Of a stretch of DNA of 64,000 nucleotides, positions 50,501 to 62,460 are shown in pieces (the first letter of the stretch is position 1; each line of letters begins with the position of its first letter). The notes under the pieces are model-generated. The model was not told where the DNA came from, made no database searches, and saw nothing but the letters and a program-made list of their open reading frames with translations. This DNA comes from Psammoneis japonica (Eukaryota). The position numbers and the translations under genes were made by a program. Location: NCBI GenBank assembly GCA_008632985.1, contig QPGO01000206.1, positions 1-64,000 of the forward strand, given 5' to 3'.

Positions 50501-52544
50501 TCAGAATCCAATCCTCTTCAGATTCTTGCCTCCAAAATGAAGCTGGCCTCACACTCACACTTGATGTCATCTTTGGAGCCATGGGTGCATGTGACCTGTG
50601 GCTTGACACTGATGGTGTGAGAGAGCTGGGTCTCCAGCATTGAGTGCTTGGCAAGAAGCTGCTTGAGCCTTTCAGTGCGTGGGTGTGTCATGGTGGCAGT
50701 CCTCTCCCTGCCACACAGCAGCATCCACTCGTTTTTGCTCAACACCAGGCCTGGATTGGTGGGCCACATCACCACATCTGCAACCTTTGGGAGCAACTCT
50801 TGGTCAGCTGGTTCAACAAATTGAACAGCCACATCTTTTTCTTTCATGACTTTCTTGACCAACTCAATGGAACCAGACAGACAGGCAGCTCTGAGAAGAG
50901 CAGCTTTCAATCTTTGCTGTTTTGCAAAACTTTGAGCCCACCTTTGACCAATCAATGCAACTGCAGTTGAGAAGACTGACTTTGAACAACTCAGTTGTTG
51001 CACAATCAACCTCCTTGGAATGAAAAAAAAGCAGCTTTGATTGCCAAATCAATGACTTCCTTTGACTTGAGGCACCGGCAAAGTCTCACAATTTTGATCA
51101 GTTTTCCTTTTTGAAATGGTTTTGGAATGTTTCATCTGGTCTTGAATGAAAAGAGTTAATTTTGGCGACCAGCATTTTGACAAAAGTGTTCTGGCATGAC
51201 ACCCTCACAAGCTTCTGCAACAAATCTGCAGTTGTGAAAAGCAAACCTTGCTTGGCACCAAACAAAATCTCAGCAATGCACAGCTCATGATGGTTTCACA
51301 ATCAATCACATCCATGATGTGCAAACAAACAATGAGGTGCAATCACTCCGCCCACACCATTCCAATGGAAGCCATGGGCCAAGCTTGAATGACATGGAAG
51401 ACTTCCAAGGGGAAGAAAAAAGCAGGCAGCTGACGGGTGCGGAGCTTGAATGCAACATGCAGCTTTCAAGAACATCTCCAATGGCATCTGCTTGTTCAGG
51501 TGGCTGCCATTCCAAACAAACATGGTGCCCCCAACGTGTGTTTGCTTGACGAGTTGACAGAGTTGACTGGTGCCTTGGGACCACACACACCATGCAAAGG
51601 CATTTTGAGACTGTCACATTTGCCAGTTTTGCCGGAGCTTTCTGGATGGTTGCCAATTTACATGCATTCAAATGAATCAAGACTGCTCCAGTGGTGTCAG
51701 GGTGAGTGCTCCCAGCACACTCACTGCACAGGTGCCATGCAACAGATTGCCAGCCAGTCTTCAAATGAGTGGCTCTTCGTCAATGAGTGCTCAGGTGACA
51801 AGAGAAAACATCCAAACAACAGGGAGTGCAATTCTTGGAAGTGCCGTTGCACATCCTGCTGTCACATTGTTCCCAATGTTGTGGAGAGCAGTGGCCACAG
51901 AGAAAATCATCTTTCTTCCATGTTGGGTTGCAAGCATCAGAACCTCCATCCAAAGACCATTTGTGGTGCTCCAAGGAAAAGTCGAACGAATGTTCACTCC
52001 AAACCCGGTCATTCCTTGCACTTTTTGGAACACTTTGCAGCACAGGAACCTTCAGATGGACATTTCACAGACCTGTTTTCTGGCATGACAAGAAAATCCT
52101 CAAACCAAATGCTGCATCCTTGGAAATGACACCCAGTCACATGTGACAAAGCTGATGTGAGTGATGGCCTTGGACTCAACTCTGGTCCTGTGAGGGGCAG
52201 TTAGAGAGTGAGTGTTTTTTTTCATTCTCAACATTTTTCATCCAACGTCTGTTGGCAATTGACTCATGTTGCTGCTTTTGCTCTGTGATTGTGGCATGCA
52301 CCTGAGCAGTCCATTCAACATGAGGCATCTGCCATTGGATCCACAACTGCGAGAGAGATTCCTTCTGATGGGAGAAATGCGTTCGTCTCAGATGAGGATC
52401 ACGTCCAAGGCAACGGCACCCAAGGTGGCCTCTGCATTGCAAGATGCCTTTTTCAACTCTGATGCATTTGCTTCAAATCAACACAGCGAGGTGTGTGCAC
52501 AACAACTGGAGGAGGATCATGCAAGTGTTTCCATCCCAGATGAT

Positions 52545-53175
52545 CCCACTCACGAAACGGCATCAGCCATGGTGCCTGTGGCACAAGAGACTTGTTCCAA
52601 TGAAGAAACTTCTGCACCAAAACAATGCATTGGCTGGCATGGTTGAAGAGTGCATGCAAGCACGAGAGTCCCTCATTGCAGGTGCCAGTGCTGCTGTTGT
52701 TCTTGTCATTGTTCCAAGGCAGTCCACTCAGATGGGAAGTGGTGCACTCAACAATGATGCCATTCAGAAGAGGGCATCAGCCGTGGCACCTTTGGTGCAA
52801 GAGATTCCTTCTGATGATGATGCTTGCACTGGTGTGGTTGAATCGTTGGCGGAAGAATGGGTGGGTGAAGAATGCGTGCAAGCACGAGGATCCTTCATTG
52901 TGGATGCCAGCGTTGCTGTGGCTGCTGTCGTGGTTCCAAGACAGTCCCCTCTGCTGGGTGATGGTTCCTTCAACAACCATGAGACGGCATCAGCCATGGT
53001 GCCGTTGGTGCAAAAGGCTTGGTCAAACAATGGCGCTGCTCTTCCAAATCAATGCAGTGGCTTTGCTGAAGCATTGGCAGCAGAGGAACAGGTGGAAGCA
53101 GAAGGCATCCAAGTGCCTGCATCCCTCATTGCAGATGCTGGTGCTTCTGTCATTCCAAGGCAGTCTGCTCAGCTT
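52545..53175 (+). repeat. About 3 diverged ~220-235-bp coding-type tandem repeats
   Basis: EEC.QAR.S.I...S.....VPRQS at ~52645, ~52867 and ~53101; ETASAMVP occurs twice. A separate 108-bp-period duplication (GGSDVEAFKQ.QECFQ) lies at 53420-53575. Confidence 0.75.
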
Positions 53176-54471
53176 GGGGAAGCTCTTGGCAGTGTGCATC
53201 TTCTTGCCACTGATGGGCAAACTGTTCAAAGGTTGGCCAGAATCTTGAGCTGTCGGGGAAGAGTCATGCGGCAGTTGGAGTGCTTTCGGGAGTTTAGAAA
53301 CAGGAATGCTTTCAAGCTTGGTGGGCAACTCAAGGTGCACCCAAGGAGTTGCAAATGGTTTCCAAAGGCAAGAAACTTCTCAAGCTTTGTGTGTGTCTTA
53401 ACAACTCTGATGCCCCATGGTGGCTCTGATGTTGAAGCTTTCAAGCAAAAACAGGAATGCTTTCAAACTTGGCTGGCAACTCACAACTGCCATGATGCTT
53501 CAATCCACTTGCCCCACATGCACTGTGGGGGCTCTGATGTTGAAGCTTTCAAGCAAAGACAGGAGTGCTTTCAACACATGTTGCAGATTGTTGCAAACAC
53601 CAAAATCAGTGCTCCTGCACCCCTTTTGTTGAAGCTTTCATGCCAAAGGCAAGAAGGTTCTCAAGCTTGGCAGGAAATCCAAACAACTCTGTTGTCCCAA
53701 TCAGACCATTGTCATCATGAAGAGCTGTCTGACGTTTTGTTTGTGAGGAAAGGCGGTGCAATCATCCAAAAAGGTCATTTTTTGTTGAAATCTTGCGATG
53801 CGTCGGCATGAGTTGCTGTCACGAGAAGGCAATTTCCTTTGAAAACAAGGATTTCTTGTCATTTCTCGTGCATCACATCTTTTCTTAATCGAAGTAGAAA
53901 GAACGCCTGCACCTTGAATTGCACCAGAGGATGTTGGCCGCGTCGCAAAGACGATCTTGGAGGGTGACAAGGGTCGTTTCTCGACTCGCCGCGCGATGAT
54001 TGTGCGGGGATTCGGAATTTGTCGCAAATTTTGACATGTCGCAAATTAATTTTTCGATTCGGTAGCTAGCTCTCTACTACCTACTAGCTAGTAGAAGTAG
54101 CTACTACTAGCTAGAGGGCCCTACATGACTCACCTCCGGCCGTTCCGCCATTGCCCCGCGTCTGTCCCTCCCCCCGCGCCACTACCGGTACATAGGTGAC
54201 GTTGCACGTGAACTTCTCACGCGCGCGTACTGCTACATGTCAAGTGCAATTCTGTGCTAGAGCTGCTAGTAGCGGCCCGATAGAGCAGAGAGAGATACCT
54301 CGTCTTCTCTATTACTGGTAGAGACAGAGAGTTTTCGATGCCAATAATGTGACTAAAGTAGCTTCTCTCTATGAGAATCTTCTATCCGCGCTGCATGGTA
54401 CCACGCAGTACGAACATGACGAGCAAAACGTGTATAAAGTGAATTAACCACCAATACCAAAACTAATCTCA

Positions 54472-57400
54472 TCAGCCGTAGACAGTCATGAGCTCGTCAC
54501 ATCGCTGCTGAATATCCGAGGAATTACACACTGACCGCACATGAGTCATTCTCCGAACGTCCTTGAGCTTTGCGGCTTCCTCCAGGGCTCGATCCCACAT
54601 GCTAACCTCGCAAAACAGATCATATCTTTCTTCGACCGAAATCACGCGGTCGATAAAATGCATAATGTAAGACACGTCTTGCTTTCCACGAATGGCAGCA
54701 ACAGCGAACGGCTTGTACCCGATTGGAGGCTTTGTCTTGGAATCAGCAAGAGCTCTGAGGTGGTCCCATTGTCCACTTTGTGCCAAGGCGCGCACCTTGA
54801 TGTGCCACAAAATCTTTTCCGGTACTCGAAACTTCTTTGCCAGCTTGTCAGCATCACTCAAGAGCCGATTCGACTCGCGCTGGTTCACTGAAGCGTGCTT
54901 GATTACAGAAATAATGGTGGACGAAACCGACGAGCTTTCAGGAAGAAAGTCACTGGAGCCATACTTTTTTCGCAGTATCTACATACAACAGCAGCAAGAA
55001 TTAAACGTGAGCATACTGGTCCGTGACTGCTGGAAAACAGCGGCTGCCCTTACCTCTTGATCGTTTCTTAACTCAAGGTAATCGTCGGTGCATGACTTGT
55101 GGAATGCGGTTTCTTTTCCAAGACCAAAGACACGGGAGGCTTCCTGGAAACAAAAGATTGCAGAAATGAAAACAGCTGTGAGGACAGAGTTCTAACGCAA
55201 ATGCCCGCCACCATGCATGATCGTCGAATGCTTACAATTAACATGGCTTGCTTTGCTCTTTTGTCGTCTTTCGATTCCAAAGCTCGTTGCACCACAGCTA
55301 TCCCCGCATCTCCAAACTTTTGTCCCCTCAAGAGCAAAGCCTTGACACTTGCGACATCAGGGAGTGTGGCTAAATACTGCCTCTGCAGATTGAAGGCTTC
55401 GAACGTAAACTTCGAAACGACAGTTCCCAAAAAATTAGTTGGACCGAGATCCATCGATGAAGCCATGCACACTTTTTCGTATTCCATGAGGGCGTAAAAA
55501 ACAAAATCACCATCCCTAAGAGGAGAAGCAAAACATTTGTGCGAGTTGTATGAGCAAACGAGAGTAATTCATTTCCCCCTTTTGAGAAAGAAACGTACCT
55601 TGCTGCCGTCGCAACAGCCACTGCATCAGCGTATGATCCAATCGAAACCAATGCTCGAACCTTGTCGGCAACACTCGACTCTAGCATGAGCAAAAGTTTA
55701 GCTACACCAGGACGACCTGCAGCGTTGGCAGCCAGAGCTACTGCCGCGTACCCACCGCGAGTTTGTAGAGGACTACCGCTTATGTCGACATTTGCATTTT
55801 CATTGATAATTTTGATGGCGTTTTCAGCAGTTTCCGCGTCGCTGTGTGACTTGTCATTGGAAACGAGGGCTATGGCCTTGGAGGAGCGAGCCACCAGTTG
55901 CACTGACTTGGGAAGAGAAAGGTATTTACTAATGCAAGTTGCAAGTGCAGGGCGTTTCATGGCGATTAAGCGAGCCACGACGCCAGTGCGGTAATCGCGT
56001 CGTGCTGAGAAGCCGTAAGAACAAACCCGACAGCTGGATGTCTCAAAGCATTCAAGATTCGTAGTTTCCTCGCCGCTGCAACAAACTTTATGGCCGTGGG
56101 AGACGGCATGGTTCGCCCGTCGCTTGCAGTGGTCGATCCACCCATGATTTTCCGCTGCTCTGCAGTGTCCTTGTAGCTAAAGTGCATCCCATACGAAGCA
56201 GCACGCAAAAGTCGCTTCTGCGTTAAAATGTCAAACTCCAGCGTTGCAGCCTCTGTGCAAGTTTCAATGGCTTCCAACAACATACCCGTCTTTGTAATCG
56301 CCCGGGCGGCTTCATCGGATGATGGCGACCCTGCTGCAAACGCATCCGAAGCGTCAAGCAACATTGCCGACGGTTCGATTGAACCAATCCGCATAAGTGC
56401 CGCAGTGGAAGGTGGGACTCGCTGCAAAAGCTCAACGGACGAATCTGTGACAACTCGACAGCAATCAATCTCTGGCACAATATACAAGTGATCGGCATCT
56501 TCAAAGGGGAATCGAAGCCAGTCACCATAAGGTCCGACCATTAAAACGCCCAAATTCTTCCAATGCAGCACAACACTGTCTTCCCCACACCATTTCATTT
56601 CAGCAGGAGGTGCCGATGATCCTTCGGATGTATCAAAGTCCAATACCTTGGTTTCAAAAGACGTGGAAATGACTGTTAGAATGGATGCCTGTGTAAAGCA
56701 TGCCAAGAACCGTCCGTTTGGAGCAAAGGTCATCGATACAATCGGAGATGAAATGCGTGACCGACAGTCCACGTCAACAATATCCATATTGACACTGTTT
56801 ACAACCACGACGGAATTATCCGACGTTGAAAGAAAGATCTCAGGGTGTCGGGAGTTTGTGTGAAACCGGGGTAGCACGGCCAAGGCGACATAGGAATAGT
56901 AATTCTCACTAAAACAAGCATTATAGCGAAAGAGGGCGACGCGTTCAGTTCAAGAGCAATGACGACAACCGACCGAATGTCCACACGATTTACCTTGCAT
57001 GAGCCGCCGTCGCCAAGGGCGTCACAATAGCATAATGCGGGGGCAAAGTGTCCGTTTGACTGGACGCGGAACCAAACATTTCGTCGCTGACCGCCGCGCC
57101 ACCAGCATTCGAGACTATTTTTCGAGAAGCCAAATTGGCGCTGTCTGCATAGCTGGCATCATCGTGGTCGTCAAAGAGTTCGACAAGCGCACACTGCATT
57201 GACGATGCCAATACGGCGACTCCACCTTCATACACACATGCCTGAAGCAACTCGGTGCCTCCACCCTTTTTCCCGGAAGGAATAATGTAGAATGGTGGCA
57301 GCACCATGGCACCCCGCAAATCGTAAGTTATACAAAGTGAATCACGCATGACCACGACAATGGTCATTCGGTCGGTAAAGCCGAGAGTCAATACATTGGA

Positions 57401-58060
57401 CGCCAGCACATTCTTTTCCAACAATTCCCTAGGAGGAAATTCGACTCGTGCCAAGGGTCGACCGGCATTGGTAGCAATGCGCAATTCAGTACAAGCCATG
57501 GCTCGCGTGGTGGTATCTGCACCTAGAAGCGGGATAGTCATGGCGCATATGGGACCACCATGAGGACAACCAGCCACCTTGGTCGTAGTTGTTGTATTCA
57601 ACAATTCGCGAATGTCTCGGGCATCTAAGAGACTTGAACGATGCTGACTGACAAAAGCAGGAGGAAAGGCAGCCAATCCGTGATTGAGCGAGTCCATAAT
57701 CCTATCGTCGTGCTCTTTTTCTTCCTTATCAGTCTCTTGCTCTCTGTGGTTCCAGCTAATGTTGGAGTAAACAGGGACCCGGCGGTACGGCAAATCTCCA
57801 AGGTACTGCCACGAAGCCTCAACCGGAATGTCATCCTGCGGTGTTTCATCCAGATCCACCTCCTCGTCGTCATCTGGTACGTCATAATCGTCTTTTGTTT
57901 CCTCGAAGTAATCGTCGCTGTCGGTCTCGAACGGATTTGTCGTTGCGGCTGCAAAGGGTTTGCTGTCAGATTCCATCATGGGCGACGCAGAAACATCAGG
58001 ACTTGCCGCTGCTGGATCGTCGTCGAACGAGTCCTCAAACGGATTCGTCCCACGAGGCAT
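54472..58060 (-). CDS. VPS16: Vacuolar protein sorting 16 (HOPS/CORVET subunit), multi-exon; 1-nt frameshift near 55989
   Basis: VAGCPHGGPI, FAPNGRFLACFT, WCGEDSVVLHW, PEIDCCRV, QKRLLRAASYG, LRILNALR, KKFRVPEKILWHIKVRALA..GQWD, PPIGYKPFA. Confidence 0.93.
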
Positions 58061-58480
58061 AGTGAATAAGGTCAATTAGGTAATAATAAATACAGAGAGA
58101 GCGTCTTTGTGATGTTGGCGAAACGTTCCGCATAAACTGAAGCAGTGACAGCAACGGTGCGTTCTGCGGCGACTTCCAGGCAGAAATGAAATCGCCATCG
58201 CGCAATGCAATCACAAGAGCACCGGTAAAAACGACGTGCTGGTTCGGCCGCCCACCCGTCATCGAGTTCGGGCCGCAGACCGCAGGTTTCGATTTCGAAA
58301 GATTTTCATTCTGGGGGAAGTCTCCAGCTGAGCTCTCTGCAGTCGGCTCCACTGTGGAAACAATGAAAAAAGAAACACGCACGCGGAACCAACTCTCATC
58401 ATCAAACAAAACTGGAGGCCGTATGATGGTCAAGAAGGGACCAATTCCCGCATCGGAACTCGAGTTCGGCACAGCACAAC

Positions 58481-59150
58481 TTGACCCGGAAGAGCTCAGT
58501 GCCATTGCTTGACAACCAAGGAACAATGATCAATGGCTTTTGCACAACCTTGCACTTGAACTCATTGGCAAACAAGCATCATGACAGCGGGGTGCAGTGC
58601 AGTGCGGATGACTTTGTTCGCTCTCTCCATGTTGAGCTAAAAAGGCATGGCCCGGAAGGGGGTTGGGCATCATTCCTGAACAAACTGCAGGAACAAGAAA
58701 AAGTGGAAACAGATGTTGAGAAAGACAAATTTAATCTTCACACAAGTCTTCCACAGACCGCACGAAGCTGGCCATTGGGCTTTGTTGGTTGTTGACCGAG
58801 CCAGACCTGGACAGGATCTGTTTTTGTGTTTGTTGACTCGGTGCCAAATTTCCACAAACGGTCGCTGCTTGACCTGCAGAACATGGTCACCTCTGCACCT
58901 TTCATCAACACCCAGGCCAAGCAGATGAGGGCTCAAATGTCTTGACAAGCAAGGCACACAAATGATTGTGGCACACGGATGTGTTGCACTGCGGCAGCTC
59001 ACACGAGAACTCTGAAGCTCCAAGGGTTTGCAAGCAAAGAATCTGCTGGAGCAAGAAAGGGCATGACAGAAACAGTGAGCAGCATGTCTGTGTGGCATGC
59101 ACCTGACATGTCAACAAAGGATTTGGGTTGTGCGGGGCAGAAGCACATTT
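58481..59150 (+). pseudogene. Ulp1/C48 cysteine protease relic (a domain often carried by DNA transposons)
   Basis: TMINGF; LIFTQVFHRPHEAGHWALLVVD (His 58773); VFVDS (Asp, ~58835); Q..TNDCG (Cys 58967). Frameshifted and hypermutated. Confidence 0.7.
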
Positions 59151-60148
59151 TGGATTGCCTCAAGCATGACAAACTTGCCGTTTCTTTTGATTGACAAGTC
59201 TGCAAACTTGCCATTCTTCAGCTTCAAAGCATCACAAGCCACTGTGGCTTGCTTGCATTGTTCTAATCTGCAAGCATGACTTGCTCTCATGTCTTCAGTT
59301 TCATGGCACCACATGAGATGAGCCCGTCTCCTCCATGCTTGCTCACCTGGCCCGTGCAAAGCGATGGAGATGAGTCCGCTCCAACCTGAAAACAGAATGG
59401 GAAGTTACGGATGATGAGGAAGATGCTGCTGCTCCCAATGAAGAGGCTGAAGGCAATGTGGAATTGCCCAGCGATGTTGAATGAATGCTCAGATCAATGC
59501 AGTCATGTTGGACTCACAGTTGACACCGAGGATCATTGCAGAGTTGCAATCAATCTGAATCAACAACAGCTTGTGGCATGTCAATCAACACCTCAACACC
59601 TGCCGGCAGCTCTCTGACATTTGATCAGAACACAAAGATGTTCTCTTTCACCGTTGTAAAGTCACTGGCCATGTTGTTGTTTGACAAGTTCATTGTTGAT
59701 CCTTCCTCTCTCGCGACAACTTTTCGAAATGCCCTTTCATTCAACTGACAAGCGTGAACAAAGGCCCATCAATGGCGAAATTGCCATCCACGTCACTCTT
59801 GAGTGCCAGTGTGAGGACTGTCTGGCAGATCTTTTCAGCTGTCGATTGTTTCATCTGACCTGTTGAACTCACTCTCATGTCTTAGAAGCTTTTGAGAACA
59901 TCACAAATTGTCCAATGGCAGTGCCTCGCATTGTGATGGCAACTGTCAAGAAGAATCGGCGTGCGACAGAGGTTTTTGGGCCTGCTGTCGTTGTTCACCT
60001 GCAATGGGGACAGCAACAGTTCGATCTTGAAGGTGTGAGGGACTCAACAATGGAGCACCATGGTTTGGGATCAAACAATGCCCACATGCTTTGTGCTTCA
60101 TGCCAATGCTAACTTGTTGCTGCAGATTGGCACCTCCAATGACAGCAC

Positions 60149-62460
60149 TCAACACCCGTTGCTTGCAACAATCTCCCAGAAAAGAGACTGCGCAATGCAC
60201 CTCACAATCCCGCCCCTCAATGGAGTGTTTGAGAATTGTTCATCCCCAGAGCCCTCTTCGGTGCACTCGCAGCAGTCGAACCTCCAAAAAGGGCAAACTG
60301 TCGGTGCGGCTCGAATGAAATCGAACAGCAGACAACTTTCATTCAAACTCGCCAACCGGAGATTTACAATCTCCTCCAGCACCTTAGAGGACGACGAATT
60401 TTTGACATCCTTCAACCACTCCCAATGTCCGACCTTGTTCCTTTCACAGAGACAACCAATTTCGTTGCGCACCTTGGTCATCTCGGCAAGAGCGTAGTTC
60501 GGATGCCCAAGCCAAACTTTGCAGAGGGAGCGATTTCGACCCTCACTCAACAAGGTCTTGATTTCTTCGGCGGTGCCAAACGTGTCGAAAGCACTTCCGA
60601 ACCCAAGAATCAGGGTTTTCAATGTCGAATTGTCCGTCAATGCTTTGACAATCACATGGGCACTCTCTTCCAACATTTTACATTCCAGCTGGAGTTCCTC
60701 AATTGCATCGTTTGCCAAAAGCATCGCCTTGAAGCAATTTGCCGCTTCCAACCCAATCGTGTCACCCGGGGTGTCCTGAACAATTTGCAAAGTCTTGAGA
60801 GTCCTGTTGTGATGTTCAAGAGCTGTCGCAATGAGCTCAAGATCAACACTGCAAGAGTCTTCCATGTAGAGATTCAGACGCAGCTCAGTGAGAACCGCGT
60901 TGTCCGCAAGTCCCTCGGCAATTGCACGACAAAGTTCAATGGTCCACTCACTGTTGACAAAGAGAGCAAGTTTCTTGATGGACCTGCTGGCCAGCAGAAT
61001 TGATCTCAAGTGAGTTGCGCCCACAGGCCCAACTTGTTGGTCACAATCGATCTCCAATGTCTCCACAGTTTGATTGTCTCGAAAGGCCGTAGCGATCTGT
61101 TGACCTTGATTCCATTGAAGAACTTTATCTTGCCCTCTTCATTGTTGCCCTCGACAGCAACATCAGCGTGCACGTCCCCAACTTGTTGGTCACAATCGAT
61201 CTCCAATGTCTCCACAGTTTGATTGTCTTGAAAGGCCGTCGCAAATGCCTCAAACCCTTCCATTTGGAAGGGATCAAATCCAAGCACGAGGTGCCACAAT
61301 GAAGTGTTGTGTCAAAGACCTCGTCCCACCGGATGCAAGAATCGATCGTGAAGACTAACTTCATCATGTAAAAGCTCGAGCCTTTCGAGCGTTCCATTCT
61401 CAGCAATGGCATCACCCAATGCATCTGCTGCATTTGGGCCACAAGCAGCGTACGAAATCATCAAGTTCTTCAGCGATCTGTTGACCTTGATTCCATTGAA
61501 GAACTTTATCTTGCCCTCTTCATTGTTGCCCTCGACAGCAACATCAGCGTGCACGTCCCCAACTTGTTGGTCACAATCGATCTCCAATGTCTCCACAGTT
61601 TGATTGTCTTGAAAGGCCGTCGCAAATGCCTCAAACCCTTCCATTTGGAAGGGATCAAATCCAAGCACGAGGTGCCGCAATGAAGTGTTGTGTCGAAGAC
61701 CTCGTCCCACCTGATGCAAGAATCGATCATGAAGACTGACTTCATCATGTAAAAGCTCGAGCCTTTCGAGCGTTCCATTCTCAGCAATGGCATCACCCAA
61801 TGCATCTGCTGCATTTGGGCCACAAGCAGCGTACGAAATTGTCAAGGTTCTTCAGCGATCTGTTGACCTTGATTCCATTGAAGAACTTTGTCTTGCCCTC
61901 TTCATTGTTGCCCTCGACAGCAACATCAGCATGCACGTGCAGTTCCTGCAACCTGCGACAGCTGCCCATTCCATCCCCGAGACCATGCCACCCTTCCTGC
62001 ACATGAGCCCACACCAACCATTGGTCAGTTCCCAGTGCTCGATCCAACACAGAAGCGCCGCCAGGGCTCAAAGCGGAAAAACATTTCAAACGGGGCACTT
62101 TGCAATGCTCCAGAAGTGTGGACAGAGCCACCACGGCCACGTCGTCAAGCCGTGCATTATCGCCACTGTGTTCGCGCAGGTCGATCGTGACAATTGTTTT
62201 GGGGGTCGCATCGCTGTGGACAATGTCCACCATGTCGCAGAGCACTTTCGTGGTTTCCTGGATTTGGTCCTGAGGGTTGTCTCCGAGGGCAATCCAAATG
62301 GTGCCGAAACAACGCGCGTTTCTGAAGGCATCAAGAAACACTTCTTTGCCATCTGGACGACGCAACACCAAATCCCATTTGCTCGCGTCATCCTCTGTTT
62401 GATGAATCTCAAAAGAGGGAGGATCGGGCCCGAAAAAGTGTCTCACCAAATGAGTCATGT
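60149..62460 (-). pseudogene. RNI-like leucine-rich-repeat protein gene (NLRC3-like, diatom-type), disrupted
   Basis: Repeated L..N..L..L.L units (GLADNAVLTELRL, LEHHNRTLKTLQI, LTDNSTLKTLIL, IAENGTLERLEL, LRHNTSLRHLVL) and a C-terminal LLFDFIRAAP. TGA at 61312-61314, frameshift near 61846, and an internally deleted repeat copy. Confidence 0.8.
61028..61938. repeat. Young 381-bp tandem duplication: two full copies (61177-61557, 61558-61938) plus one internally deleted copy (61028-61176)
   Basis: The ORFs at 61125-61442 and 61506-61823 are near-identical. The two full copies differ by about 9 substitutions and 1 indel. Confidence 0.95.

Larger units (their letters stand above)
43970..53880. 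mobile_element. TpA/CpG-depleted hypermutated block 3 (~10 kb of decayed mobile DNA)
   Basis: Near-absence of TA and CG. Contains a hAT-like fragment, internal peptide repeats and possible helicase relics. Confidence 0.7.

Noticed and set aside
29500..53800. Hundreds of short overlapping Cys/His/Gln-rich ORFs in the ORF track
   Set aside because: By-product of TA depletion (almost no TAA/TAG stops or Tyr codons). They have no coherent domains and are not called as genes.
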